From positions 18,352,001-18,416,000 of the forward strand of contig NC_087467.1 in NCBI RefSeq assembly GCF_036321535.1: 64,000 nucleotides of DNA, read 5' to 3'. Made by a program: the position numbers and the translations under genes. Below are positions 1-12,366 of this stretch, piece after piece. The notes beneath the pieces were generated by a model. That model did not search any database. It had not been told where the DNA came from and saw nothing but the letters and a program-made list of their open reading frames with translations. The DNA comes from Camelus dromedarius. Its lineage: Eukaryota. Position 1 is the stretch's first letter; the number at the start of each line of letters is the position of its first letter.

Positions 1-847
1 TTGTGTTGGCAGTCACGAACTGCTAGCTTATTTTTCTAATTCTAATCCAAGCATAAGGAAAGCAGCCCTAACTTGGAGGGGGGTCTCTTGGCACTCACCA
101 TGTCCCATCCATAGCCTTCATTATTTTCCCGGAGCTCAGTCACTGGTACTGTCAGGAAAAAGCCATGGCCGGTTGAGAGATTTTCTAAGGAGTGAACATT
201 TTCAGCCTGTTGCCTAGGGAACACCAGCACCGTCCCAGCTTTTCCACTCCACAGACGCACTTTATTGTTCATTTGGGTTTAATTCCCTATGCACTGTGCA
301 GACATTCTTCCCCTTTGCGAACCTTTCAGCTGACTGACGTGCGGAGACGGGGCGGGGTCCTCCGCACAAAGTGGTCCCCAGCTCGGCATCGTCCCCGAGG
401 CTCCCCCTCCTCCCGGTGGGGACGTGGCCCTGCTGCCACCGGGCAGGCCTCCGCACGCCCTCCAGGTCAGGAAGGATGGGGAGAAGGCGCCCACGGAGAA
501 AGCCAGAGGGGAGGCTCCTCCGCGGGCGCCTGCCGGGTTGGAGATCTTGGGAAGGATTTTATGGGACTGAAGCAACATTTCTGCTGCTGCCGTTTTGTCC
601 TGAATTCACCGAGTCTGAGAGTGGAACTAGGTCTCCCTTTCTTGACCTCATTCCCCACAAAGAAGAAAACAAAACGAAAAGCAACTTCATGTTGGCCCAG
701 GGTTTCCCAGTCATCTGCTTCCCTGCTTAAAACTGCCAGGCTGGAGAGTCGTTTCGGATGTGCCCTCTACCCGGGCACTGCGCAAATGCTTCAGCTTTCC
801 CGCGCTGGTAACGCAGGGCATCGCTTCGCTTTGTTTCGTTGGAGGAA

Positions 848-962
848 GGGGGAGTAATTAGGTTTATTTATTACGATTATTTTTTTAATGGAGGTACACT
901 AGGGATTGAACCCAGGACCTCGTGCGTGCTAAGCATGCGCTCTACCACTGAGCTCGCCCCTC
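848..962 (-). mobile_element. tRNA-Ala-derived camelid SINE (Vic-1-like)
   Basis: Reverse complement gives agctcagtggtagagcgcatgcttagc...gggttcaatcc (A and B boxes), then an AT-rich segment and the cctaattactcccc tail. Confidence 0.9.
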
Positions 963-1214
963 GGGCAGGACCGCCCGTCACAGCACCCAGCTGAAGGGCA
1001 GAGACCTGCCTCCCCGCCGGTGGCCAGGGGCTCCCCCTTGAGAGCCGTCCGGCAGCAATTCTTCAGGCCTAGGTGTTTACATTTTTTCAATCTGCTTTTA
1101 TGATCTTTCGGGATGGTTACCCTTTTCCTCTTTAACTGATCAGTCACGTGTGGGAGGCCTCCTCTCCCTTCCTCAACCCCCCAAAGCAGAAAGGACAGCA
1201 TGTTGAGACACAGG

Positions 1215-1515
1215 GCACCATGGAAGTTAAGGGTTCAGGCCCTCAGCTGGCCAAAGGTCAACTGGAACACTGACCCTGGGCAGGTCACCTAATCTGGTTT
1301 TTTCCCCTTAACAGAGGCACTGGGGACTGAACCCAGGACCTGTGCGAGCTGAGCACTGCTCTACCGCTGAGCTGTACCCCTCTAATCTGTTTTCTTATAT
1401 GTAAAATGGGGCTGAGGGTCGCTATTGGTAGGGTTGTTGTAAAGGTTAAAAGCGGCAACGCATGTGAATAGCTTAGACTGTATCTGATTATACAGCAAGC
1501 ACTCAATAAGTGTCT
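1215..1515. mobile_element. MIR interrupted by a Vic-1-like SINE (1297-1381, minus strand)
   Basis: MIR core tgaccctgggcaggtcacctaatct...tgtaaaatgggg...gcactcaataa. The SINE is flanked by the direct repeat ctaatctg (1289-1296, 1382-1389). Confidence 0.8.
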
Positions 1516-3367
1516 GTTAATATCGAGGACCAAGACACCACACCATGGGTATGCGATCGTGGACCCCATGTTTGCTCTGCCCAGAAGAGGAAAAACCCCA
1601 AAGTCTGGATTATATTCAAGGGTGACCAGCATCCTTGGCTGTCTAGGACAGGTACGAGCTTTGGAAGACCTGTCCCAGACCAGAGACGGATCGGAGAAGG
1701 CACTTCCTAAGTGAACACTTGGCTTTAGGCAAACCCTGAGGTTTCTGGAAACCTCTCTAAATGATCTTGTCAAAGGGCAGGATGGACATCAGCAAATCTC
1801 AGAATGATCCCTGAAAGTTTAGACATAGAACCCAGGTCTCCAGCCTGGGTTTGCCTAGCTCCTGGGTTCTGTAGAGAAACTCAGGGTATCTGGGTAGACC
1901 TCAAGACTTTGAGCGGATGGTTCTCATTTACATCCAAATACCCAAGCTACATAATAGAACGTCAGAGCAAGACCAGCTGAGTAAGACAGTGATTCTCAAA
2001 TGAGGAGGAAGCCCCGCTCTAAGCGTTCAGGGGCCAGCCAACCACTCAGGTAGGGGCTAGCTTGGAGGGCTTCCTGGAAGAAAAACAGGGGACTTCTGTC
2101 TTCCTTCAGCTTGGTCGGGTGGGAGTGAAAACACCGGGGGTGGAGTCGTGGTCCTTCTGTTTCCCGGGTTTTTACCATCTTGTTCTTTGAATGGAAATTC
2201 CCTGCTGGCTCCGGGATTCCTGGAATTTCCAGTGTCCACCCAGGTGAGCAGCTTCCCTAGGCCCAGGGTCGGGGAGATGAGGGTTTGGATTCAAGAGGGA
2301 AAGCATGAGACAGGAGGGCCTGGGACCCGCAGACAGTAACTCCCACCTCTGCGCCCTTCACGCTTGCTGTTCTGGAGAACTAAAAACTCCCTGCAGGAAA
2401 GAAACTCTGATAGCTCTTGTTTTGTTTTGTTTTTCCTTAGACACTCCCTTGGTGAGTGAAAGAACTCTTTCCTCCTGAAAGTAAATTTCATATTTGTCAC
2501 ACAGGCCTGGAGGAAGGTTAGTTCAAAACACAAAGCCAGGAAAGTCGGTTGGAAGGCCATCGCCATTTGGTTTTTGCAAAAATCTGCCTAGTTGTAATAT
2601 TATTACCTTGTATTTCAAAGCACTTTCACATACACATTGAATCTGAGCTTCACAAGACCCTGGGAAGCAGGGCAGATAGCATCATTTCACTTGAAAAAAG
2701 TTGCCTTCCCTGGGGACCGGGTCCAGCTGTGCCCTTCCCTCCCAACATTTACTGAAAATCGGGTCTGAAACTACTTAACTGATGGCATGTCAGGGTGATG
2801 TCCTTCCTTTATCCACACTCTGTAGCCAGTGCCCATGGATAGGGAGGGGGGCAGCTGTACCAAGTCACTGGGGGAATCTGAAGAAGTTCAGCAAACCTGA
2901 TCCCTGTCCTACATGGGGCTGGAGGGCGGAGCATATCTACAAGAAGTCATTGTCGCACGAAGACATCTCAGTCAGTTAAAGAACAGAGGAGCCGGGATCC
3001 CATGAAATAGACGGCGGGTGTAAGGTCCAAGTTTTGGTTTTTCTTTCAAAGACTGCATTGTAGTGAGAAGCAGAGAAAGACAAAATAGTCCTTTATGAAA
3101 ACTGTGATTTCACAGCTCCTGGCCACAGTCAATCAAAACCCCAGACATCTAGAAAGGAGCACACCCCTTGCCTCCCATTGACCCCCACGGGGCATCATTT
3201 TTATCTGGGGAACAAGGAGGTGATATAAAAGGCATAGGGGTGAAGAGAAGGAACAATTTCTCTGAAGTGCTGTGGCTGCGAAGGAAAACAAAGGCCGTTT
3301 CCTTTGGGGATATGAATGAATTTTTGCTGAGTCAAAACCAGTGTTCCACATCTTGTGAGGAATTTGC

Positions 3368-3700
3368 TAAGGATCAAGCGACTCCTGGCTAAGAAACCAA
3401 AGCAGAATCATCCCATTCCCCGGTGGATCTGGATAAAAACTGGTAATAAAATCAGGTCCAGCTCCAGTCGGAGCCCCTGGAGAAGTCAGAGCCGATGTTA
3501 CAAGGCACTCCACGGGAGATGGCGCACACAGGGATGCGGCCTCCCGGTCGCCAGCATCTCAGCGTATCGAGCTGGAAACATCACTATCTGGTCAGCTGGA
3601 CATGTCTTACTGGGAAAACGACTTTTCTCTTTGTTTCTATGTTTCTGTGCCAGTAGGTTGGTTCGGTGACAAATATGTGTGGCCCTTTGGCTGAAAAAAT
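3368..3700 (+). pseudogene. RPL39: RPL39 processed pseudogene (5'-truncated CDS, 3'UTR, poly-A remnant)
   Basis: [29 protein letters not shown] resembles RPL39 [29 protein letters not shown]. It is intronless, the C-terminus is degraded with the stop lost, and it is followed by RPL39-like 3'UTR (gagatggcgcacac...aaatatgtg) and a short A run at about 3693-3699. Confidence 0.88.
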
Positions 3701-4889
3701 CCGTAAGCATAACTAACACAAGCATTTAATGTTCCAAGAAGGGCTAGGGCCCCCGAGCTGAAAAGTCAGAAGCACTGGTTTCTTTGCTTCCAACTCTACC
3801 GCCTGAGCCAGCTCCATGGTCACCAGGCCCCCGTGGTGATCAAAGAGAAGAACTGGCACATTTCTTATATCCCCAGTGGCGCGTCCCTGAAACCTAGACA
3901 CGGCATATCAACACAGCCAGTCCGTCTGGCTGTCCCACCACAGGTGAGGCTTCTACGGTGGACATGCTCGGTGGACACCTCCCAGGCCCCGCCTCCTACC
4001 GTAATTCACCTAGTATGCTCCCTCTCCTCTCTAGCTTTCTGCTTAACACACCGGAAAGAGTGCAGGCACTGGAGTCAGAAAAGCCACCTAGCAGCTGCGG
4101 ATCTTGGGGAAATTTACTGTGTCACAGACTCTGTTTTCTTTATCTGTCCTGTGATCATCATATCTTCTTCATAAGATTGCCGATTATTTAATGAAATAAT
4201 ATATGGTTGGAGGCAGCAGGAATTGTAACTCCTCTGCCCTATCAACATTCTTTGGTTCTGGGTTTAGCTGGGAAGCTCAAAGGTAACATGATCCCACACG
4301 GGGAATTACTTCTCCTGCTCTCTCCCCTACAGTGTGCACTGAATGTCCTCTTTTTTGGTGGCTTTCATTCAGGCAGATTTAGACAAGCGTCAATGAGTGA
4401 GTGAATAATTTCCGGGGTCTGTATGGAGAAGGTATCCATAACACTGATTCAAGGCCCCAGATCCTCCTGCCTATCTGTACAGTCTGGCATAGTTCCCCCG
4501 CCTATCAGAGCTGGAACAGTGGCCAACAAACTGCTGGATGACCGGTACGCAGAGGAGGCAGGACCTTCTCCAAGGCTGGACACTTAGACCACCCGCCAGA
4601 GCCTGTGCGGAAAACAGACTCACTGCAAAGTGAGGGGTCAGACCCATCCCAGGAGCCGCCGCGGCCACGGCTACAGCACCGCTCGACAGGCCCCCTGTCT
4701 CCCCAAATCCCAGTTAGGCTATAAGGCCCCGTCACCCCACCCACAGTGTGAATGGTCTCTTTCCCTTGCTAATTTGGAGGTATGGTCTTATTAAGGGAAC
4801 CGGAGGGTTTTCTGATCTCATATAATCCCCATGCTTAGATCTTTTCCACGATCCCTTACCATCCCAGGGATAAGCAGGGAAATGCGCTT

Positions 4890-5260
4890 CAGGGCCTGGC
4901 AAACGAGGCCCACCTGTCCAGCCTTACCTCCGCCTGCTCTCTCAGGACCCTGGGCCCCCAGTTTCCCAAATCCAGAAGCAGTCTCTCCTCAGTGAATTTG
5001 CTCAGGCTCAGCACTAAGCCGGGGGTGCCTCTCAACTTGGCGCCCACACGGCCCCACCCCTTGTGCTAGATGAGCCTCCTCCAGGAAGCCCTCCTGCCTT
5101 CCACCCCTCCCTCATGTGGCTCCTCAAATTCCCATGCACAGCTCTGTCTCTGCCCTCTCCACACTCTTTCCAGCACTATCTGTTCATATGTCTGACTTTC
5201 TAACCAGATCAGAGGCCCATTCGATAGCACAGACCATGACTATGTAACTCCTGACACCCC
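4890..5260 (+). mobile_element. L2 fragment
   Basis: agatgagcctcctccaggaagccctcctg...atctgttcatatgtctg resembles the L2 3' region. Confidence 0.5.
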
Positions 5261-8200
5261 GCTGAAGGAATAGATTTTAAAATGCATTGACTCATCTACA
5301 AACTGTAAGGTAACCAGAAAACTAAATTAACCGCGACATTCCAGGCTTGAAGCATTCTGATTCTTTAAGGTTTGACCATGTTTAGCACCACTTTTTCCGT
5401 TACAGTTTTGATTAATTAATTAGCTAATAGAGTTTTGGTGGGGCTATTACTCCTCTGTCTTCTGTTTGTAATCCTAGTTCTGCTGACTCAGGCCGGAAGA
5501 GCCAAGCCATTTGGGATAAGTTGAACATGTTCGTGGGTGAATTAAACCTCCTTATTCTCAACTTTGGATTGCTTTTTACTCACTTGGCTTTTTTTTTTCT
5601 TCCGTTTTTCAATGTTATAGACTTTAGGAATGAGGAGGGGAAAGGAATTTTTAAAAATTGGATCCACTCACTTAGTCCAAAGGCATGTGGATTTGTGAGA
5701 CCAAATCTGTGTGATTTCAAGTCAGGATTATCCATGTGGAGGCATTTTTATTTACGAGTGTGTTCTCATGGAAAAGAATTTCTCCAACCAACTGCCCCGC
5801 TGCTTCTCAAACACATTTGTGATCCAGGACTGTTGTCAATAAAAGTTCTCCCCAGAAAACACGGATGTGTTTCATTCCTGGCTGACAGTGGCTATTCTGA
5901 ATTTAGTAAGAGTTTTTTTTTTTTTTTTAAAGAAGCTGAAGCTTACATGAATAAAGAATAATGAATTGATGAATATATTAAAGGCTAATGAATAAAGAAT
6001 GTAATTTTCTGTAGAAATCATCCCATGGACTAAAACCAGAGCTTCCAAAGGGCTCAGCCGTGGGGGAAAATATGATTTTGTTTGTAAAAGAGTTTTCAAA
6101 AACTCAGCTGATTTTGGTTTTTTCCCCAGTCCATACTCCAAGAGTCTTACTTGTAAGAGGTGGTTCTGTTCCCAACCATATCTCCACTTACATCAGCCAT
6201 GAGACAGTAACAGCATCGACATCACAGAGATAAATCTAGTGTCGGAGCCTTTGAAAGCTGAATGAGACGAAATGAGTTAACACTGCCCCTGGCAACATGG
6301 AAGGACTAAACGCCTCGTTTGAAGCCCATTGCAATGATCTTCTACAGAAACAGTTATTGTTAGAGAAAGCGAGCGGGGATCCTGCTCCACAAATGGGTCC
6401 CTCTCTGCAGTCTCTGCATCTCCACAGACGTGTCTGGAATGAGGGAACAGCACTGGCCCGGGGACCAGGAGAGATGCCTCCTTCCTGGCGTGGCTGTGCC
6501 TTCCCTCTGCCCCGTCTTCGCCCCTCTGTGCCTCCGTGCCCCCCCCCCCAGCCCCCGGCCACACCCAGGGAAACACACCTCCAAAAAGATGCTGGGGAAT
6601 GTCCCTCTGGCCCCAACGCCTTCCTCCTAATGCCCAGTGCTGTGCAACACTGAGCCTTCTAGAAGGTTAAACGCAAGGCACGTTGCAGTTTTCATTACTG
6701 CCACTTCCTCTGTGGTCACTAATTTCAGGTTGGCCAGACCTTAAAAAGAGACTATGCACTGTGTGTGTGTAGGGGAGGTGCGGAGGGACCTTTTAAAGGT
6801 CACTTCAAAGGGAAGATGAGAATAAAACAGGGAGGAGCTCAGATGCACCCAACTCCCCGAGCTTAGAAATACAACAGGCTTGTGGCAGATGCGCTGCCAA
6901 AATCCCAGAGCGCTCCCTGGCCCGCTACCCACCGGTCCACAGGCTGTGGAGGCAGCACGGGCCACACAGAGCCGAGCACGCCTGGAGATGGCACCGATCG
7001 GCGGTCCCAGCAATGAGGGGGCGCGGCACCCGTAACCAGCCTGAAAGCAGGCAAACCCTGTACGGAGTTCTGTTACCCGCCCCACATTCGCTGCCAAGGC
7101 TCACAGGCCTTCTGGGGACTCCAGGCCAAGTCCCCCGACCATGGCTGCCGCTGTCACCAGGCAAAGTTAAAGTGGAACCAATCTGCGTACAGCATGCTCT
7201 TTGGGTTTTATCCGTTCGTTTCAGATCAAGCCTGAAAATGCCACACATCCGTTGTCCACAGTTCAGGAGGCAAAGATAGATATGCAAGGACAATCAACTA
7301 GGATTTTGTCCTGGGGCCGCTGAAACCCGAGCCCCTGTCTTTAGCCTGCATCCCAGTTAGAAGCACTCAGTTCCATCTGGGCTTTTGGTCTCAGTCAGAT
7401 AACACCAGACGGATCTCTGTAACATGCAAGCCCCTGTCAGACAGCAGCGAGCACCTCCCCGAGACAGCTGTTTCACACAAGGCCCCATTGTCTGAGCAAA
7501 GCCTGGGTCGTCTTACTGTGGGAGCTGCGGGAACATTCTGTCAGCTGCCACGGCTGGGGAAGGGGGTGGGGGAGCCTTGCTCACTGCAGATTTCCCTCAT
7601 TTTGTGATCGAGCCCTAACCCTACCATCCGTTCACAGCTAGGGAGGAAGTTTTAACACAAGAACTAAAGTCCTCGCTCTGTTTCATTTTAGCAGGGGAGA
7701 GAGCAGCGCCACACACCCAAAGAATCTGTAGTCTGACTTTTCTTGGGCAGCGGATTGGGGGCAGCCCTAAGGGCCTGTTTTCCCTCTGCCCTCCCATAAG
7801 CACGTTTCTCCAGTTTGAGGGACAGCAAGAAAGCGTTTTCCAGCCCTGGAAGGCTGAAAACAAGGTCCCTAGGAAGCAGTGGGTCAGAATTAGGATGATG
7901 GCATCATAACATAATTGATAACTGAATAATTATGAAATAAAATCAGACAGCTCCTTTTTCGTTCAACTCTCATAGAGAAAGGTGAACGCAGCCATCCCAC
8001 ACTCCAAATCTGTCCCCCAGGTTCCCATTGAGCAAACAGGTTCGTTTCCCAACTTCTTTTTAACCCCTTCCTGGACATGCTGTATTTTGAATTCAGGAAG
8101 ATATTTCACAAAGTATCTTCTTAGAAGCAAGGCGGGCGACCATGGCTGTGATGATACCAAGCTTGACCCACTGCCGCTTTCAGCTGCTGCAGACTTTCTT

Positions 8201-9492
8201 GGGGGTTGGGAGGAGGAATCTCTTGTGCATGGTAAAATACGCATAAGTTCTATCACTTTAACCATTTTTAAGTGGACTGTTCAGAGGCATCAAGCTCATT
8301 CAGCAAACATTTAAAACTGTTTAAAATCTGGAATGATGTCGGTGGCCCACAAACTTAAATCAAGCAGGTGTGGTCAGCATCTTCCTTCCTGTTGCTCTGT
8401 CCTTTCTGTGCTGACGACAAAGACCCGCTCTCTTGGGAACCACCGCGACATGGAGCCACCTTTGTCATGACCTCTGAAGAGAGGCCCCCCCTGGTCTGGG
8501 ACCCACGCAACACATAAGGCCGCTTGGCCAAGAAATAGATAGATCTGTGCTTGGCCCATTTATCAAAGCTATCTTTCTGGGTGCACAGAGATTGTTTTTA
8601 AGCTGGTTACTCAGACATTGGCTCTGCTGGCCAAATGGGATTGGCCCCTCTCCCTTACCACCCCTCTTATTAAAAAAAAAAAAGAAAAAAGAAAAGGTTA
8701 AATTAGAGAATTAGTAAAAACAAAGGCCCTCTGCAACCCCAGGCCCACTTATCGGAACAGAATTGTGGTTGCCAAGGAGTCAGGGACAGATACGGAGGGA
8801 GAGCACCGAGCAGCACAGAGCATCATTATCTCGTCAACTGTTATTCATGTTGTATCTCTTCCATCAGACAGTGCTGTGTTCTGTGACCTCAGACAAGACA
8901 CTGCCCGAGAGCTGGTTTGAGGGCAAATAAAACAACACCTGTCAGAGCCCGAAGCCCACGGCCGGAGGGGCTGTGAGGACGAGATGCGTATTTTTCACCT
9001 TATATTCTCTCTTCCTCCCTGCTGGCTGGTCAGAACCTCACAGATTTCCATTTGCATCATTTTAAATTGGTGACCCTCTTGCCTGGGTGCGTGGGTGCAC
9101 CTCTGTGCCGTTCAGAACTCTGGAATGCTAGCAGAGGGGTGCTCCTGTTCTGTTCCTCTCAGGGCATGAAAGTCAGAGCCTTCATGTCGGTGTGGCATGG
9201 AATCGCGTCCCAGGAGCTGGGGGGGACACAGGGGTTCATCTCGCCCATGCAGCTGTCCGCTGCACGAGTCCTTCCACCCCTTCTGTGGCAGGTGCTCCAG
9301 TCTCTCTGCAAATCCCCCCCCATCAGAGGGCTGAATGCCTTCCTCACAAGAAAGCTCCCCTTGCTGCGCTCGGCAACAATAGCCGCTACTTGTTGAGGAT
9401 TTTGTAGCTGCTCAGGAAGAAGGCCTTTGCTAAGGAGAACAGAATTTCCAAAATATTTCCAGGACTCAAATACACATGCACTGATCACCTGC

Positions 9493-9894
9493 TGTTACCG
9501 AGTCCAAGCTCACCCTGCTGGCCGCACACCAGGCCAGTGAACCACGAGACCAGAAGTTGGGCCGGGGAATAGTGGCTTTACTCAGAAGGCCAGCAGGCCC
9601 AGAAGGTGGTGGGCTAGGGTCCCAAAGAACCGTCTCCCCTGAGTTAGCATTCAGACTTCGGTTATACTAAAAGGGGCTGGGGGGAGAGTGCTGGTTCCGG
9701 TCAGACTCCGGAGGGCACATTTTAATTTCTTCTTCCTGCAGCCATTCACAGGGCCTGGTCGGGGGGTTCCCGTGAGCCAAGCAACGGTATTTTAGCTGAA
9801 GGCTTATTACCTGGGAGGCAGGGCTCCCAGAGATGGGCTATTATGTATGATTTAAGTTTACAGGCCACATCCCTTTAGCAATTAACCTGTAACA
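9493..9894. mobile_element. Solo ERV LTR (ERV1/MER41-like), about 400 bp
   Basis: Perfect terminal inverted 6-mers TGTTAC...GTAACA with LTR-like interior. No clear target-site duplication. Confidence 0.65.
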
Positions 9895-10619
9895 GAATAC
9901 GAAGTTTCTTCCTTACTCCACTACTGTGTGCCAGGAACCATCAGAGGGGCAGCGAATATGAAGACGGATGAGACAATAATAATTTCTGGCCTCAGACCTC
10001 ACTTCTTGGTGAAGGAGAGAGTGTGCATTGATGCACTGAATGACTGAAATTTCCAAGACAGTCTGCCTAGGTGAGCAGCGCACAGAACAGAGGCCACGGC
10101 TCCTTAGACACTAGCATTTCCCCAGGGAAATCTGGAACTTGGGGTATGCCCACAGGGGGAAGGGGAAGTAGAAGGTGCGCCCGCTAAGACCTCACCGAAA
10201 CCTCCCCGCCCCACGTTGCCGCCAGACAGTGCCGTCACCAGGGCACAAAGGGACCCTGCTTGTGAACCCACACCCAGGTGAGCACGCCGGGACACCAACC
10301 GTTGGGGCAAGTGTCGGGAGGTTTACTTTTCCACTGCTAAGCTGTTTGCACTCATGTTGAAAGAACAAAAGGAACGTTACAGGAACCCGTCAATGGATTT
10401 TCTAACTTGCTCAGAAAGGCAACAAATGAGCTAGTGAGCCAGTGGACCGGGGTCAGGAGGAGGAAAGAGCACAGAAAAGACACAGAGAGGAAATCCCACA
10501 ACCTGCTAGCTGGGATTTTCCAGCCTCAGTTCTCACAGAAATACTTCCTTTACGGACAACCCGCTGCTCCCTGACACAATTACTTTGGTTCACTTAGTAA
10601 GTCAACTGAACATGACTTA

Positions 10620-10910
10620 CAGTAAGCTCTAGGTCTAATTATTAAGAAATTATTACTGTTTTTTTGTAGGGGTGATAATGCACGATGGTTATATATTTTT
10701 AAAAAGTCTTGATCAGAGATACCTAGTGAAGTGACGTGATGCCTAAGATTTTAAGATCCTCTGGCAAAAATGATGACACCTGGGGGAAGGTGAGACTGGC
10801 TGGTGGTTGAGCTGGGTGATGGGTATGTGGGGGTTCATCACAGTAAACTCTCTACTTCTGCACATGTTTAAAATTTTTCATGATAAAAAAATTAAATGAC
10901 AATTTAAAAA
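10620..10910 (+). mobile_element. Old L1M 3' end
   Basis: gggtgatgggtatgtgggggttcatcacagtaaactctctacttctgcacatgtttaaaatttttcatgataaaa is typical of L1MB/MC/ME 3' termini. Confidence 0.7.
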
Positions 10911-11309
10911 AAATAGGTCATGTCACAAGACTCTTCCAGGTGGTTCCCACACAAAAGTGAAGGCAGGTTTTAATATCTACCCCTAAATCTCTCTGACTCA
11001 AAATTATCATTGGCTGGAAGACCCACCATTCATTTACTAAGTGGTTTTCAGAGGGAAATAAGCATGCAACATTGAAACACACACTGATTATCACCTATAT
11101 TCCACTTTCAGAGTGGTTGAAAATGCTAAAACGTGCCTCAGGACTGAGGTAATCTGGCAATTTCTTTGTGAATTGTTAGCAGGAATCGTTGCTAAGAGGG
11201 CAAGTTTGAAAATAACGGTGTGCAAGGCCCCCATTATTTAACTCATCCATCAGTTATTTGATCATCTATTTTAACCCGTTATGCTGGCATAAAGAGCATG
11301 ATTTTTTGG

Positions 11310-11426
11310 AGAGGGGAGGTGATTAGGCCTCTACCTGCTTACCTGCTTTAGAGGAGGTGCTGGGGATTGAACCCAGGACCTTGTGCATGCTAAGCCTGTG
11401 CTCTGCCGCTGAGCTGGACCCTCCCC
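11310..11426 (-). mobile_element. Vic-1-like tRNA SINE
   Basis: ggggattgaacccaggaccttgtgcatgctaagc...gctgagct, with the ggggaggtgattagg tail. Confidence 0.88.
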
Positions 11427-11689
11427 TCCGTTAACCCATTGAACTGGAGTTTGTGTTCATTGATTTAGCGGCTGAGGGTTTGCCTCCCTAAACCCTAAGA
11501 GGGAAAGTGTGTGCTCAACAGGTGTAAGAGTGTCAAGAGATCCTCCGGCCTCGACGTGCTCTAATCTTGTATGTTAAGGAAAGCGCTGTCAGGTTTTTTA
11601 CACGCTCAGAGCACGGGTACCTGGGGGCCGTGGAACCAGCTAGAAGCCCTGGGGATTCCCTGAGGAGCAGCACCGCTGGCGGGACATCT

Positions 11690-12340
11690 TGGGGGAGAGG
11701 AAGCAGCTTAGGGGCGTAAGTCCGCCTCGCGTGGGTCTGGAGCTGGACACGCGGGCGCAGAGTTGCGGGGGGCGCGTGGACTCAGCCGGGGCGGCCCGGC
11801 TCTCCCGCGCGCTCTGGCCCGGGGTGGGGACGCGCCGCGCTGCAGCCCGCGCAGCCGCAGGAAGAAAGCACGCACGCGAGTCTCGGCCCGGGGACGCCGG
11901 GGACCCCGGGGACCCGACCCCGGGCGCGCGGCCGCCGTACTTACTGTCCTCGGGCAGGCTGTTCTCGCGCTCCTCTCTCTCCATCTGCTGGCACCAGCCT
12001 TCCATGCGGTCTCGCTCCGCCTGGAGAAGCTTCAGAAACCAGTGGCCGTCCCGGTGGCACACTGACCTTTGAACGGCCTCCAGCGGGTCTTCGGTGATGG
12101 AGTCGATCCAGGGATCCGGGGGAGGCAGAATCGAAGGGTCGAAATCCGCGTCGAAGTCCTCGTCGGCCGCGCAGGCGTGGTAGTGGTTTCCTGAGCCCTG
12201 GATGCTGACGGTGGAGGTGCTGGCGTCCCGGGAGAACTGTCTGGCCACCGGGCCCGGGCACGAAGTGTCCTCTAGAGACTCCAGGGAGTTTTCCAGGTTG
12301 TCGTGGAAGTCCAGGTCGGCCTGCACTGCCGTCGTCACGC
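11690..12340. promoter_or_regulatory. Intragenic CpG island covering the DLGAP1 exon and the start of its downstream intron
   Basis: Very dense CpG/CGCG by eye (gcgcgcggccgccg, ccggggacccc repeats) against AT-rich flanks. Confidence 0.7.
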
Positions 12341-12366
12341 TGTTGGATCGAGTGAACCTGCGGAAG
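11945..12366 (-). CDS. DLGAP1: DLGAP1 internal coding exon (422 nt): C-FRRFTRSNSVTTAVQADLDFHDNLEN...RDGHWFLKLLQAERDRMEGWCQQMEREERENSLPED-I, start of the GKAP homology domain
   Basis: Translation (part of ORF 11640-12338) matches the SAPAP1/GKAP sequence as I recall it. Minus-strand acceptor tctctctgtccctccaag|CTTCCGC (AG at 12368-12367) and donor GACA|gtaagt (GT at 11944-11943). Phase 2 in, phase 1 out. Confidence 0.97.

Noticed and set aside
192-857. 221-aa plus-strand ORF and overlapping ORFs
   Set aside because: Low-complexity Arg/Gly/Pro/Ser translation from GC-rich DNA with no recognisable family or splice support.
11640-11944. C-terminal extension of ORF 11640-12338 (SKYGGRAPG...) and the antisense ORFs over the CpG island
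   Set aside because: It reads through a consensus GTAAGT donor into intron; stop codons are naturally rare in GC-rich sequence.
1-11944. Next DLGAP1 exon (ILGKIRTAVGSAQLL...)
   Set aside because: Not found by manual scan; presumably beyond the left edge of the window.
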